Assembly (NCBI GenBank): GCA_963701905.1
Contig: CAVPBP010000002.1
Coordinates: 1,516,128 to 1,580,127 of the forward strand
Direction of reading: 5' to 3'
DNA from: an uncultured Pseudomonadota bacterium
GTDB lineage: Bacteria > Pseudomonadota > Alphaproteobacteria > Caulobacterales > Caulobacteraceae
DNA length: 64,000 nt
The position numbers and the translations under genes are program-made. Below, one piece after another: positions 23,146-35,069 of the stretch. The notes under the pieces were generated by a model that saw only the letters and a program-made list of their open reading frames with translations, was not told the DNA's origin and searched no databases. Positions within the stretch are counted from its first letter, which is position 1. Each line of letters opens with the position of its first letter.

Positions 23146-23798
23146 GTCGCGGCCTCCTTCATCACACCCATGCGCTCGCCCAGCATCCGGCGCGCGCGGG
23201 CCAGTCGCGACATCACCGTGCCGATCGGCGCGCCGGTGATGTCGGCGATCTCGCGGTAGCTCAGCTCCTCCAGCTCGCGCAGCACCAGCGCCTCGCGGAA
23301 CGGCTCGGGCACGTCTTCGATCGCCGCGCGCAGAGCTGCGACGTCGCCCTGCCGGATCAGCCGCGCCTCGGCCCCCTCCTCGCCGGCGGGCGTCTGGGCC
23401 AGCGCGACCTCGGCTGCCTCGCCGGTCAGCGTGGCGAGCTGCCCTCCCGTCTGTGCCGCTCGGCGCCAGTCGAAATAGGCGTTGCGCACGATGGTCAGCA
23501 GCCAGGGCTTCGCCGGTCCACGCAGGGCGTGGAGGTTCCGGAACGCCTTCAGCAGCGCGTCCTGGGCGATGTCCTCGGCCGCGGCGGCGTCGCGCGCCAG
23601 GTAGCGGGCGAGCGAATAGGCCGCATCGATATGCGGGCCGACCAACTCGCGGAACCGCGGCGCCTCCGAGGGACTGGGGAGAGGCGCCGCGGCTCCGCCC
23701 GGGCCGCCGGGGGACAGCGGACCCGATCTCGGCGGCGCGGGGCTCGCGGGCCGCGCGCTCGCCTGACGGCTGCGGAAGGGAAGCAGCCTTCCGCTCAT
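23142..23798 (-). CDS. ECF RNA polymerase sigma factor
   Basis: AEDIAQDA, WLLTIVRN, LSYREIA...IGTVMSRLARAR; 4-nt overlap with the anti-sigma gene. Confidence 0.92.
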   Translation of the reverse strand: MSGRLLPFRSRQASARPASPAPPRSGPLSPGGPGGAAAPLPSPSEAPRFRELVGPHIDAAYSLARYLARDAAAAEDIAQDALLKAFRNLHALRGPAKPWLLTIVRNAYFDWRRAAQTGGQLATLTGEAAEVALAQTPAGEEGAEARLIRQGDVAALRAAIEDVPEPFREALVLRELEELSYREIADITGAPIGTVMSRLARARRMLGERMGVMKEAAT

Positions 23799-23845
23799 AC
23801 GAAGCTGAGGAGGCGGGGGTTCATCGAGGGCTCGAGCAGCGCTGG

Positions 23846-24175
23846 CTACTTTACGATCACCTTGCCGACCATCTTCGGGTGGACGGAGCAGAAGTAGCTG
23901 TAGACCCCGGGTTTGGCGAAGGTGAAGCTGTAGATGTCGCCGGTGTCCATCGCCTTGGAGTGGAACGACCCGTCGACCGCGCGCACCGTGTGCGGGATGT
24001 CGTCGTTGTTGGCCCAGGTGACCGTGGTCCCAGCGGCGACGGTTAGCGTCATCGGCGAGAAGTTGAAGTTGTCGATCGTCACGGTCGCGGGCGACGCAGC
24101 GACCGCGGCTGTCAGCGCCACGGCTGCGAAGGCGGCCGCCGCGGCGGCGCCCAGGGCGAAGCGTAGTCTCGGCAT
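23846..24175 (-). CDS. Cupredoxin (amicyanin/plastocyanin-like)
   Basis: Signal peptide; PHTV and YFCSVHPKM type-1 copper ligands. Confidence 0.92.
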   Translation of the reverse strand: MPRLRFALGAAAAAAFAAVALTAAVAASPATVTIDNFNFSPMTLTVAAGTTVTWANNDDIPHTVRAVDGSFHSKAMDTGDIYSFTFAKPGVYSYFCSVHPKMVGKVIVK

Positions 24176-24205
24176 GGGAGGAGTCCCTTCTGGTTGGAGG
24201 CTCGG

Positions 24206-25159
24206 TCAGGCGAGCGTCTGGTCGGTGATGGGGAGCGGATGGTTCACCGCGACGAAGCGCACGTCGCGGACGCCGAGCACGCCGCCGAGCTGGCCGGGCG
24301 GGGCCGCGATCGGGCCGGGCGACGCGCCGGGCGTTCCGGGCGCAGGCTGCGGGAAGGCCGTGGAGCGGGCGGTGTAGAAGGCGACGCGGCCTTCCACCTT
24401 CTGCTGCACCTGGTGGATGTGGCCGTTCAGCACGGTGACCGAACCGAAACGCCTCACCAGCGCCAGCACCTGCGCCAACTCGTCGGTGTTCCAGCCCCAG
24501 GCCGGATAGAGCGACCAGAGCGGGATGTGGGTGAAGATCACGATCGGCGTCGACGACGAGCGTGCGGCGAGGTCGGCCTTCAGCCAGGCGAACTGCTCGG
24601 GACCGAGCGCGCCCTCCCCGCCCGCCTTGAAGTTCAGCACATTCACGAGCGCCACGAAGTGGACGCCGGCGTGGTCGAAGGCGTACCAGCCGCCGCCTGT
24701 CGCGCCCTTGCCATAACGCTCGAAAAACGCCTGGCCATTGCCCTCGTCGAGCACGTCGTGCTCGCCGGGCACGTGGAAGACCGGCACGCCGGCGGCCTTG
24801 ATGATCTGGTCGGCGTCGTCGAATTCGCTCGGCTTCGAGAGCTGGCTGACGTCGCCGGTGTGAATGATGAAGTCGGGCTTGCGCGGCAGCGCAGCGATCC
24901 TGGCGACTGCCTCGCGGTAGGTGGCGCGCGCGTCGGCGTTGATCGCCGGCTTGGCGAAGCCGATATGGCTGTCGCTGATCTGCACGAAGCTGAACGGGCG
25001 GGCCGACCGTGTGGCCGCCGCCGCCTCCAGGCCGACCGAGGCGGGCACGCCGCCGGCCAGCGTCCAGACCAGGCCGGTCCCGGCCCACGCCATGCATTTC
25101 AAGAGGCCGCGGCGGCTTTCGCCGGTCTCGCGTTCTTCGTTGTCGTCCGGTGCGCTCAT
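24206..25159 (-). CDS. Tat-exported calcineurin-like metallophosphoesterase
   Basis: SRRGLL Tat motif; DSH, GD, GEHD, TH.P and GHIH motifs. Confidence 0.9.
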   Translation of the reverse strand: MSAPDDNEERETGESRRGLLKCMAWAGTGLVWTLAGGVPASVGLEAAAATRSARPFSFVQISDSHIGFAKPAINADARATYREAVARIAALPRKPDFIIHTGDVSQLSKPSEFDDADQIIKAAGVPVFHVPGEHDVLDEGNGQAFFERYGKGATGGGWYAFDHAGVHFVALVNVLNFKAGGEGALGPEQFAWLKADLAARSSSTPIVIFTHIPLWSLYPAWGWNTDELAQVLALVRRFGSVTVLNGHIHQVQQKVEGRVAFYTARSTAFPQPAPGTPGASPGPIAAPPGQLGGVLGVRDVRFVAVNHPLPITDQTLA

Positions 25160-25186
25160 CGCAGCTCTCCGCATCAATCGGAGGGC

Positions 25187-25215
25187 AAGACGCGGCCTTG
25201 CGACGGTTTATTCCC
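25187..25215 (-). promoter_or_regulatory. Candidate ECF promoter of the phosphoesterase-cupredoxin-sigma-antisigma operon
   Basis: Minus strand GGGAATAAA...CGTCTT about 28 nt upstream of the ATG at 25159. Confidence 0.6.
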
Positions 25216-25258
25216 GCGTCTGGACAACGGCGGGAGCCTCGTTCAAGGAGCGGCCGCC

Positions 25259-26323
25259 ATGGCCAGCATCATCATCGCCGACCGCACCGGCCGCTACGAT
25301 GGGCGCGATCTCGAAACGCGGCCGATGGGCGCCACCGAGACCACCGTCATCCGGGTGTCGCGCGAGCTGGCCAGGCGCGGCCACGACGTCACCGTGCACA
25401 CCAACGGCGAGGAAGACCTTGTCCACATGGGCGTGCGCTGGCGCCCGCTGAGCGCCAGGCCGCCCGAGACCTGCGACGTCTACATCGCCGTGCACCAGGT
25501 GGAGCTGCTGGGCGTCGTGCCGCGCCCGAAGCACCGGGTGATCTGGGTGCTCTGGGGCGCCAACCAGCTGCGGCATTACAAGAGGATCGGCCACATGTGG
25601 CGCTATCGCCCGACCCCGATCCTGATGAGCCAGGCGCAGGTGAACGACTACTGGCCGGTGTTGCCGCGCCGCGCCGACATCAGCGTGATCCACCTGCCGC
25701 TGCCGCCTGACGTGCGGGGCCTGACGCCCCTGGAGACGCCGCCGCCGCGCCGCGCGATCTTCGCCTCCAACCCGCAGCGCAACCTGCGCGCCCTGGTCGA
25801 GCTCTGGGCCGAGCGCATCCTGCCGCAGGTGCCTGACGCGGTGCTCGACGTCTACGGCGTCCACCAGCTCACCGACGGCCAGGACGCCTGGACCGAGTGG
25901 GCCGGCACGCTGCTGCCGACCGGCATGAGCGAGGTGGTGAAGGCCTCGGTGATCGTGCATCCCAGCGCGCCCAGGCCACAGCTGCTGGAGGCGCTGCGCG
26001 GCGCCCGGGCCATGCTCTACCTCGGCCACAAGTGCGAGGCGTTCTGCGTGTCGCTGGCCGAGGCGCAGGCGCTCGGCACGCCGGCGGTGATTGCGCCGGT
26101 GGCGGCGCTGCCGGAGCGGGTTGTCGACGGCGTCACCGGCTTCCACCACGCCGACCCGGCCGACTTCGGCCGCGCCGCGGTGCGGCTGCTGACCGACGAC
26201 GCGCTCTGGCGCACCCAGCACGAGGCGGCGCTGAAGCTGCAGCAGGGCGTCACCGTGGAGACCTACGCGGACCGCTTCGAGGCGGCGATCCTGAAGCCGG
26301 AGCCCGGCCGCGACGCCGCCTGA
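25259..26323 (+). CDS. Glycosyltransferase, GT-B fold (GT4-like)
   Basis: GATE...ELARRGHDVTV; EAFCVSLAEAQALGTP (E-X7-E). Confidence 0.85.
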   Translation: MASIIIADRTGRYDGRDLETRPMGATETTVIRVSRELARRGHDVTVHTNGEEDLVHMGVRWRPLSARPPETCDVYIAVHQVELLGVVPRPKHRVIWVLWGANQLRHYKRIGHMWRYRPTPILMSQAQVNDYWPVLPRRADISVIHLPLPPDVRGLTPLETPPPRRAIFASNPQRNLRALVELWAERILPQVPDAVLDVYGVHQLTDGQDAWTEWAGTLLPTGMSEVVKASVIVHPSAPRPQLLEALRGARAMLYLGHKCEAFCVSLAEAQALGTPAVIAPVAALPERVVDGVTGFHHADPADFGRAAVRLLTDDALWRTQHEAALKLQQGVTVETYADRFEAAILKPEPGRDAA

Positions 26324-26327
26324 CCCA

Positions 26328-26906
26328 ATGTCCGCCGCTGAAGGGGCGGCCTGGCGCACGGCCGAGCGCGCGCGACTGGTCGCGGCCCGCCTCGAGCTGC
26401 CGGCCAGGACCCTCGCCGCCGCCAGCCGCGCGATCGACGCCGCGCTGGCGGCTCGCTTTCCGCCGGGCTCGATCGCCCTCGTGGGCGGCTACTGGCCTAT
26501 CCGCGGCGAGTACGACCCGCGCCCCTACCTGCATCGGGCGATCGACGCCGGCGGCGCGGCCGCCCTGCCCGTCGTGGTGGCGCCGCGCGCGCCGCTGGAG
26601 TTCCGGCTCTGGACGCCCGCCACCCGCATGGCGCCCGGCCGCTGGGACACGCAACATCCCGAGCAAGGCCCGGCCGTGACGCCGCTGGCGCTGCTGATCC
26701 CGCTGATCGGTTTCGACGCCGCCGGTCATCGGCTCGGCTACGGCGGCGGCTTCTACGACCGCACGCTGGCCGCGCTGCATCCCCGCCCGCTGGCCATCGG
26801 CGTCGGCTTCGAGCTCGGCCGGCTTTCCAGCTTCGAGCCCGCCGCGCACGACGAACGCATGGACGTGATCGTCACCGAGGCGGGCGTGTTCGAGACGGTC
26901 AGATAA
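26328..26906 (+). CDS. 5-formyltetrahydrofolate cyclo-ligase
   Basis: GYWPIRGE, PLIGFD, RLGYGGGFYDRTL, HDERMDVIVTE. Confidence 0.92.
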   Translation: MSAAEGAAWRTAERARLVAARLELPARTLAAASRAIDAALAARFPPGSIALVGGYWPIRGEYDPRPYLHRAIDAGGAAALPVVVAPRAPLEFRLWTPATRMAPGRWDTQHPEQGPAVTPLALLIPLIGFDAAGHRLGYGGGFYDRTLAALHPRPLAIGVGFELGRLSSFEPAAHDERMDVIVTEAGVFETVR

Positions 26907-26941
26907 TCAACAATCCTGTTGACTCTCAATCGATCGGTTGA
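26907..26941 (+). promoter_or_regulatory. Tandem ArsR-type operators
   Basis: TCAAC-N6-GTTGA (26907-26922) and TCAAT-N6-GTTGA (26926-26941) just upstream of the ArsR gene. Confidence 0.7.
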
Positions 26942-26953
26942 TTTTCTAGGCGC

Positions 26954-27319
26954 ATGACGCTCGCCGCCCTGCGCCAGCCCGAAGCCACCGACGACGACCT
27001 GCTCGACGAGGTGTTCTTCGCGCTCAGCGACCCGGTGCGCCGCGCCATTCTCGACCGCCTCGACGCCGGCTCGCTGCTGGTCTCGGAGATCGCCGGGCCG
27101 TTCGAGATCTCGCTGCAGGCGGTCTCGCGCCACATCCAGGTGCTGGTCCGCGCCGGGCTGGTGACGCAGGCGCGCAGCGGGCGCATCAGCCGCTGCAGCC
27201 TCGACGCCGAGCCGCTGGCCGAGGCCGCCGCCTGGCTGAACCGCTACGCCAAATACTGGCAGGCCCAGTTCGAGGCGCTCGCCGGGCACCTCACCCGCAT
27301 CGAAGAGGAAAAGCGATGA
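26954..27319 (+). CDS. ArsR/SmtB family transcriptional regulator
   Basis: VFFALSDPVRRAIL, SLQAVSRHIQVL..AGLV. Confidence 0.92.
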   Translation: MTLAALRQPEATDDDLLDEVFFALSDPVRRAILDRLDAGSLLVSEIAGPFEISLQAVSRHIQVLVRAGLVTQARSGRISRCSLDAEPLAEAAAWLNRYAKYWQAQFEALAGHLTRIEEEKR

Positions 27320-27915
27320 GCTACGCCGAGACCATGGCGGCGATGAACGCCAAGCGCGAGCAGATCGCCACGCTGCGCAAGGACCTGCAGGCGCTGCAGG
27401 CGCGCATCGAGCCGCAGGCGGTCGAGGACTACCTGCTGGCCGGCTGGGACGGCCCGGTGCGGCTCTCCGAGCTGTTCGGCGATAAGCGCGACCTGATCGT
27501 GATCCACAACATGGGCGCCGGCTGTCCGGCCTGCACCATGTGGGCGGACGGCTTCAACGGCGTCTACGAGCACCTCGCCAGCCGCGCCGCGTTCGTGCTG
27601 GCGAGCCCCAACCCGGTCGAGGCGCAGAAGGCCTTCGCCGCCGGCCGCGGCTGGCGCTTCCCGATGGTGAGCTACGAGGGCAGCCGCTTCGCCGAGGACA
27701 TGGGCTATCGCCACCGCGGCGATGACGTCGACGAGGAGCAGGGTGGCTGGAACCCCGGCGTCTCGGCGTTCCGCAAGGACGAGGACGGACGGATCTGGCG
27801 GCTATCCGACGCCGAGTTCGGCGGCGACGACGACATGTTCTGCGTCGTCTGGCACCTCTTCGACCTCTTCCCCGACGGCGCCGCCGACTTCCGTCCGCGC
27901 TACAAATATCAGTAA
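27316..27915 (+). CDS. DUF899 family protein
   Basis: LSELFGDKRDLIVIHNM, CPACTMWADG, FCVVWHLFDL; ATGA overlap with the ArsR gene. Confidence 0.85.
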   Translation: MSYAETMAAMNAKREQIATLRKDLQALQARIEPQAVEDYLLAGWDGPVRLSELFGDKRDLIVIHNMGAGCPACTMWADGFNGVYEHLASRAAFVLASPNPVEAQKAFAAGRGWRFPMVSYEGSRFAEDMGYRHRGDDVDEEQGGWNPGVSAFRKDEDGRIWRLSDAEFGGDDDMFCVVWHLFDLFPDGAADFRPRYKYQ

Positions 27916-27944
27916 ATTCAATAGCCTATAGAGGAGGAGACGCC

Positions 27945-27992
27945 GTGGGCTACGCCGAGACCGTCACTGCGCTGAAGTCGCGACGATCGTAG
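27945..27992 (+). pseudogene. 5' remnant of a second DUF899-like paralogue
   Basis: Strong AGGAGGAG RBS; VGYAETVTALKSRRS* resembles MSYAETMAAMNAKR of the preceding gene. Confidence 0.5.
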
Positions 27993-28380
27993 CCATTAGA
28001 GCAGCTAGCGCGGCGTTCTTGGCCTGCGTCGCGCTCTGGTTGCTCTTCCGCGCAAGCGCCAGCTGTTTATCGCGCGTCATGCGTCACCGTCAGTGTTGCG
28101 GTGACCGGTTGACCGGATCGGGCCGAATCTCCCAAGGAGCTTGGGCCTGGTCAGCGACCGCCAGTCACGGCGGTTGAAGGGTCCGGAGGCGAGGATCGGC
28201 CGCCCCCGGACTTGCTAGTTTTCGGTGAGTCTTTCCTTCTGACGAGTCCACCGACGATTTGCGAGAATGTGCCTCGCCTTCTGCTTAAACGTGCGCGGCT
28301 CGACCAAGACTGGCGCACCATCTCCTCGCGCACGCCCACGGTCGTCCACGCCAAGGCTTTCGCGGGACGCGCTGGCGCCC

Positions 28381-28819
28381 TCATGCCAGGGCGCTTCCGG
28401 TCTCGATCAGGCTCTTCAGGCTGGCGAGGATGCTCGGCCAGCCGTTGGAGACCGCGCCGATCAGCTTTGAGTTGGCGACGTCGATCGCGTGAGTGACCGT
28501 CAGCTTGGTGACGGTATCCGTCGCCGGCGTCCAGCTCGAACGTGCAGGTCGACTCGCCCTCGGCCCGCATCGCCTCGTCGTGCTGGTGCAGCCAGGTGAC
28601 CGAGAGGCGCTTGGGCGGATCGTTGACCAGCACCTTGCCGGTGTCCCAGGCGCGGCCGTCCGGGCCGACGATCTCGTAGTCGTCGCCGACCTTCCAGCTG
28701 GTCTGCTGGTGGTAGCCCGACCAGAACAGCTTGTTGCGCTCCGGGTCGGTGAGCTCGTCCCAGATCGCTTGCGGCGTTGCGCGGATGTAGGTGACGTAGA
28801 CGAAGCGGCTCTCAGCCAT
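28381..28819 (-). CDS. SRPBCC/AHSA1 family protein; frameshift near 28520
   Basis: FVYVTYIRATP..IW..LTDP, DPPKRL; C-terminus GWPSILASLKSLIETG in another frame. Confidence 0.88.
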
Positions 28820-29135
28820 CGTTTGCTCCCTCGAGGCGTCGTTTCAGGTCGGCGAGCGACGCCAGGCGCCCGCGCTCGTACTTGCCGATCCAGCGATCGG
28901 CGATCTCCTGGATGGGGACCGGGTTCAGGTAGTGTAGCTTCTCGCGGCCGCGGCGCTCACTGGCGACGAGGTTCGCGGCCTCCAGCACGCCAAGATGCTT
29001 GGTCACCGCCTGCCGCGTCATGCCCCTCCCCTCGCAAAGCTCGCCGAGCGTCTGGCCGCCGATCTCCCGCAGGCTGTCGAGCAGCTCGCGGCGAACCGGA
29101 TCGGCCAGGGCCTTGAACACGGCGTCCATGCTCAT
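28812..29135 (-). CDS. ArsR family transcriptional regulator
   Basis: VFKALADPVRR.LLD.L, TRQAVTKHL.VLE.ANLV, GREKLHYLNPVP; GCAAC-N7-GTTGC at 29148-29164 upstream. Confidence 0.92.
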   Translation of the reverse strand: MSMDAVFKALADPVRRELLDSLREIGGQTLGELCEGRGMTRQAVTKHLGVLEAANLVASERRGREKLHYLNPVPIQEIADRWIGKYERGRLASLADLKRRLEGANDG

Positions 29136-29191
29136 GGCTGCCAATATGCAACTATGTCGGTTGCCTGTGCAAGCCCCGAAAGCCGGCCCGT

Positions 29192-29966
29192 TCAGCCCCG
29201 CGCGCTCAGCCCCCCGTCGACCGTGAAGACGACGCCGGTGGTGTAGGCGGAGCGCTCCGAGGCCAGGAACAGCGCCAGATCGGCGATCTCGCGCGGGGTG
29301 GCGGCGCGGCCCAGCGGGTAGCGCGCCATCAGCTCGGGGTAGCGGCTCTCGTCGCCAAACTGCGCGGCGGCGCGCGTCTTCATCAGCGTGACGATGCGGT
29401 CGGTCTCCACCGGACCCGGATTGATCCCGACTACGCGCACGCCGTGATCCAGGCTGCGCCCGCCCAGCGCGCGGGTGAAGGTCATCAGCGCCGCGTTGCC
29501 GGCCGCGCCGGTGATGTAGTTGGCGTCGAACCGCTCGCCCGCCGCGCCGATGATGTTGACGATCACGCCAGAGCGCCGCGCCTGCATGCGCTCGAGGTAG
29601 ACGCGGCAGAGGTTGATGTAGCCGAACACCTTCAAGTCCCAGGCGTGACGCCAGGCTGCCTCGTCGATCGCCGAGAGCGCGCCGCCGGGAATATCGCCGG
29701 CGTTGTTGACCAGGATGTCGACGTCCTCGGCCTCGGCCGCCAGCCGCGCGATGTCGCCGGACTGGCGCAGGTCGGCGACGTGCGCGGTCGCCTCGACGTT
29801 GTGCTGCGCGCGAGAGCCGTCCGGCCAGTTCGCTGAGTGCGTCGGCGCTGCGGGCGACCAGCCGCACGTGACAGCCTTCCTCGGCGAACGCCGCGGCCGC
29901 CGCCGCGCCGATTCCCTTCGAGGCGCCGGTGACCAGCACGCGCTTGCCTGAGAGTTGGAGGTCCAT
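29192..29966 (-). CDS. Short-chain dehydrogenase/reductase; frameshift near 29815
   Basis: TGASKGIG, LVNNAG, NPGPV, TVDGG; atypical YxxxA in place of YxxxK. Confidence 0.88.
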
Positions 29967-30045
29967 CGTGCGCTCCCGCTTTGCCGATTGTCCGCGTCCG
30001 CTATAGCGGGGCGGCGCGCCAGCGCACACGAGTTCCGGAGGCGAC

Positions 30046-31032
30046 ATGACGGACGGCGACGCGGAGGCCCTCGCCCTGATCGGCGACGTCGGCGGCACCA
30101 ACTGCCGCCTGGCGGTGACGCCGGCGACGCCCAGCCAAGCCCCCCAGATTTCCCGCGTGCGCACCTACCGCGCCGCCGACGTCTCGACGTTCGAGGACGC
30201 GGTGGCGGCCTATCTCGACGAAGAGCACGTCAGCGTCAGCCGGGCGGTGATCGCGGTCGCCGGGCCGGTGGCTAACGGCGAGGTGGCGATGACCAACCAC
30301 CCCTGGCGCATCTCCGAGCGCGACCTGGCGGCGAAGCTGGGCGGCGCCCGGAGCCGGCTGATCAACGACTTCGAGGCGCTGGCGCACGCCCTGCCGGCGC
30401 TGACGCCGGACGACCTCGCGCCGCTGGGTCCGCCGCGCAAAGCCGCCGACCACAGCAACATGGCGGTGATGGGCGCCGGCACCGGCTTCGGCACGGCGGC
30501 GATGGTGCGCAATGCGGGCGGCCAGACGGTGCTGGTCGGCGAAGGCGGCCACAGCGCCTTCGCGCCCTCCGACGCGCTGGAAGCGGAGATCTGGAAGCGG
30601 CTCGCCGCGCGCTTCGCCGGCTACGTGCAAGTCGAGCACCTGCTTTCCGGTCCCGGCCTCGTGAACCTGCACCGGGCGCTCTGCGAAATCGAGGGCAACG
30701 CGCCAAGTTTCGAGACGCCGGACGCCATCACCGACGCGGCGGAGGCGAGCGATCCGCGCGCGCTCGCTGTCACCGACCGCTTCGTCGCGATCTTCGGTGC
30801 GGTCGCCGGCGACCTCGCCGTCATCTACGGCGCGCGCAGCGGCGTCTTCATCGCCGGCGGCGTCTCGCAGCGCATCCTGTCGGCACGCAACGGAGGGGCG
30901 TTCCGCGCCCGCTTCGAGGCGAAGGGCGAGTTCAGCGGCTACCTCATCGCCATCCCCACCTGGCTGATCACCCACGACCAGCCCGGCCTCTTGGGCGCCG
31001 CCTGCGCGCTGGCGGACCGGGCGGCGGGCTGA
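30046..31032 (+). CDS. glk: Glucokinase
   Basis: DVGGTNCRL, AGPV, MTN, INDFEA, GTGFG, GEGGH, GVFIAGG, FEAKG. Confidence 0.92.
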   Translation: MTDGDAEALALIGDVGGTNCRLAVTPATPSQAPQISRVRTYRAADVSTFEDAVAAYLDEEHVSVSRAVIAVAGPVANGEVAMTNHPWRISERDLAAKLGGARSRLINDFEALAHALPALTPDDLAPLGPPRKAADHSNMAVMGAGTGFGTAAMVRNAGGQTVLVGEGGHSAFAPSDALEAEIWKRLAARFAGYVQVEHLLSGPGLVNLHRALCEIEGNAPSFETPDAITDAAEASDPRALAVTDRFVAIFGAVAGDLAVIYGARSGVFIAGGVSQRILSARNGGAFRARFEAKGEFSGYLIAIPTWLITHDQPGLLGAACALADRAAG

Positions 31033-31039
31033 TCGGGGC

Positions 31040-33014
31040 ATGATCGCCCGGCGCAAGCGCGACGGCGTCTACTACACGCCGCAATGGGTGGCGGATTATC
31101 TGGCCGAGCAGACACTGGGCCCCTGGTTCGAGGAAGCCAAGGCGCGCTGCGGCTGGCCCTCGGCGGACAGCGCTGCGCCCGGGCATGCACAGCTGGCCGC
31201 CTACGAGGCGGCCGTGCGGCAGATCCGCATCATCGATCCCGCCTGCGGATCGGGCGTCCTGCTGGTCGCCGCATTCCGGCGGTTGCTGGTCGAGCGCAGC
31301 GCCATCGAACGGGAGAAGGCGCGGCTGGCGGGCGGCCGAGGCTGCGACGGCGCCCGCCTCGCCGCCGATATCCTGGCCAGCAACATTTACGGCGTCGACA
31401 TCGATCCGGCCGCCGTCGAGCTCACCAGGCTGACGCTGTTGCAGCACGCCGGCGCGCCGCCTTCGTCGCCGGGCGATGCGATCCGCTGCGGCAACAGCCT
31501 CGTCACGCCGGATTTCTGGAAGGGCCGAGCGGCCGCCCCCCATTTTCCGGAACGCGTCAACGCTTTCGACTGGCGCGCGGCGTTTCCGCAGGTCTGGCCG
31601 GACGGCGCGGGCGGCGGCTTCGACATCGTGCTCGGCAATCCGCCTTTCGTGAAGCTGCAGACCCTCCGGGGAGCCGATCCAGAACTCGCGGCGTGGCTGC
31701 AGGCCGACCGCGGCGCAGACACCTACGAGAGCGCGCGGACCGGGAATTTCGATCTCTACCTGCCGTTTATCGAGCAGGGCCTGCGGCTGCTCGCGCCGCA
31801 CGGGCGGATGGCCTACATCGCGCCTAGCCTGTGGACCGTGAACCGGTCCGGCAAGGGGCTGCGGCGCCTGGTGCGCGTGCAGCAAAGCCTCGAGCGCTGG
31901 GTCGATCTGGGGTCGTTCCAGGTGTTCGGCGAGGCGGCCACCTACACCGCGCTGCAGGTCTTCCGGCGGGACGGGGCCGACAGCATCCGGATCGCCGCAG
32001 CGCCGAGCGGGGCGGCGGCGGACGTCGACTGGTCACGCGCCGATCTGGCGGTCCCCTACGACGCGTTCGACGCAGGCCGCGAATGGCTGATGGTCGCCGG
32101 ACCGGAGCGCGCGCTGATCGACCGGCTCGCGGCGAGCTGCCTGCGGCTGGACGATCCTTCGGTCACGCAAGGCATCATCGTCGGCCTGCAGACCAGCGCC
32201 GACGCGGTCTATCACCTGACGCGCGTGGCCAAGGGTCGCTACCGCTGCAAGCCGGCGAAGCGCGCCGGCCTACGAGATCGAGATCGAAGACGAGATCATG
32301 AAGCCGCTGGTCTCGGGCGAGGCGGCGAAGCGCTATGCGGCGCCCGAGACGGACACTTGGCTGCTGTTTCCCTACGAGCGCTCTTCGCAAGGCGCGATGC
32401 ACCTGATCCCGCAAGGCGAGATGCAGCGGCGCTTTCCGAAGGCCTGGGCGCATCTCCGCGCTTGGGAGGCGACCCTGCGCGGCCGCGAGCGCGGCAGGTT
32501 CGACGACGCAGCCTGGTGGCGGTTCGGCCGACACCAGAACCTCGACAAGCAGGCCGTTCCCAAGCTGCTGGTTCCGCGGCTGGTCAGGCGCCTACGTGCG
32601 AGCTTCGACGCGGCCGGCCGCTACTGTCTCGACAACGTCGACGTGGGCGGCGCGCTGCCCGCTGCTGGCATCGATGCGATGTACCTCACCGCGGTCCTGA
32701 ACGGGCCGGTGGCGGACTTCGTATTCCGGCGCATCTCCAAGCCGTTCCAGAACGACTTCCGCTCCGCCAACCGCCAGTTCATCGCCCCGCTGCCCGTGCC
32801 GAACGCCTCGCCCGAGTCGCAAGCCGCCATCGCCGACCTTGCCCGCCAACTCGAAGCGGGATGGACGCGCCGACGCGCGTTGGCGACCGCGGCCGACGAG
32901 CGGCTGGGCGCGCTGGACGCCAAGTTGGCGATCCTTGAGGCCGCGATCAACGACCGCCTCTACGCGCTCTACGGGCTGACCTCAGCCGAGCGCCTGCTCG
33001 TCGAAAACGGATAG
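31040..33014 (+). CDS. Gamma-class N6-adenine DNA methyltransferase (Eco57I/TaqI-like) without a nuclease domain; frameshift near 32270
   Basis: GVYYTP, DPACGSG (motif I), [20 protein letters not shown] (motif IV), DLYLPFIE; TRD-like C-terminus WWRFGR.QN...LYGLT. Confidence 0.85.
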
Positions 33015-33023
33015 ACCTTGCGG

Positions 33024-34987
<1,964 letters not shown>

Positions 34988-35069
34988 CAAAGTCTCCGAA
35001 GCGCGCGTCGCGGCGGTGCGGGGCCGGCGCCGAAGATGGTCTATGCAGAGGCAAAGTGAAGGGTCGGCG

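Noticed and set aside
31040-33014. BREX/DISARM or a complete restriction-modification defence island
   Set aside because: No partner ATPase, helicase, PglZ or nuclease genes; flanked by glk and rpoD
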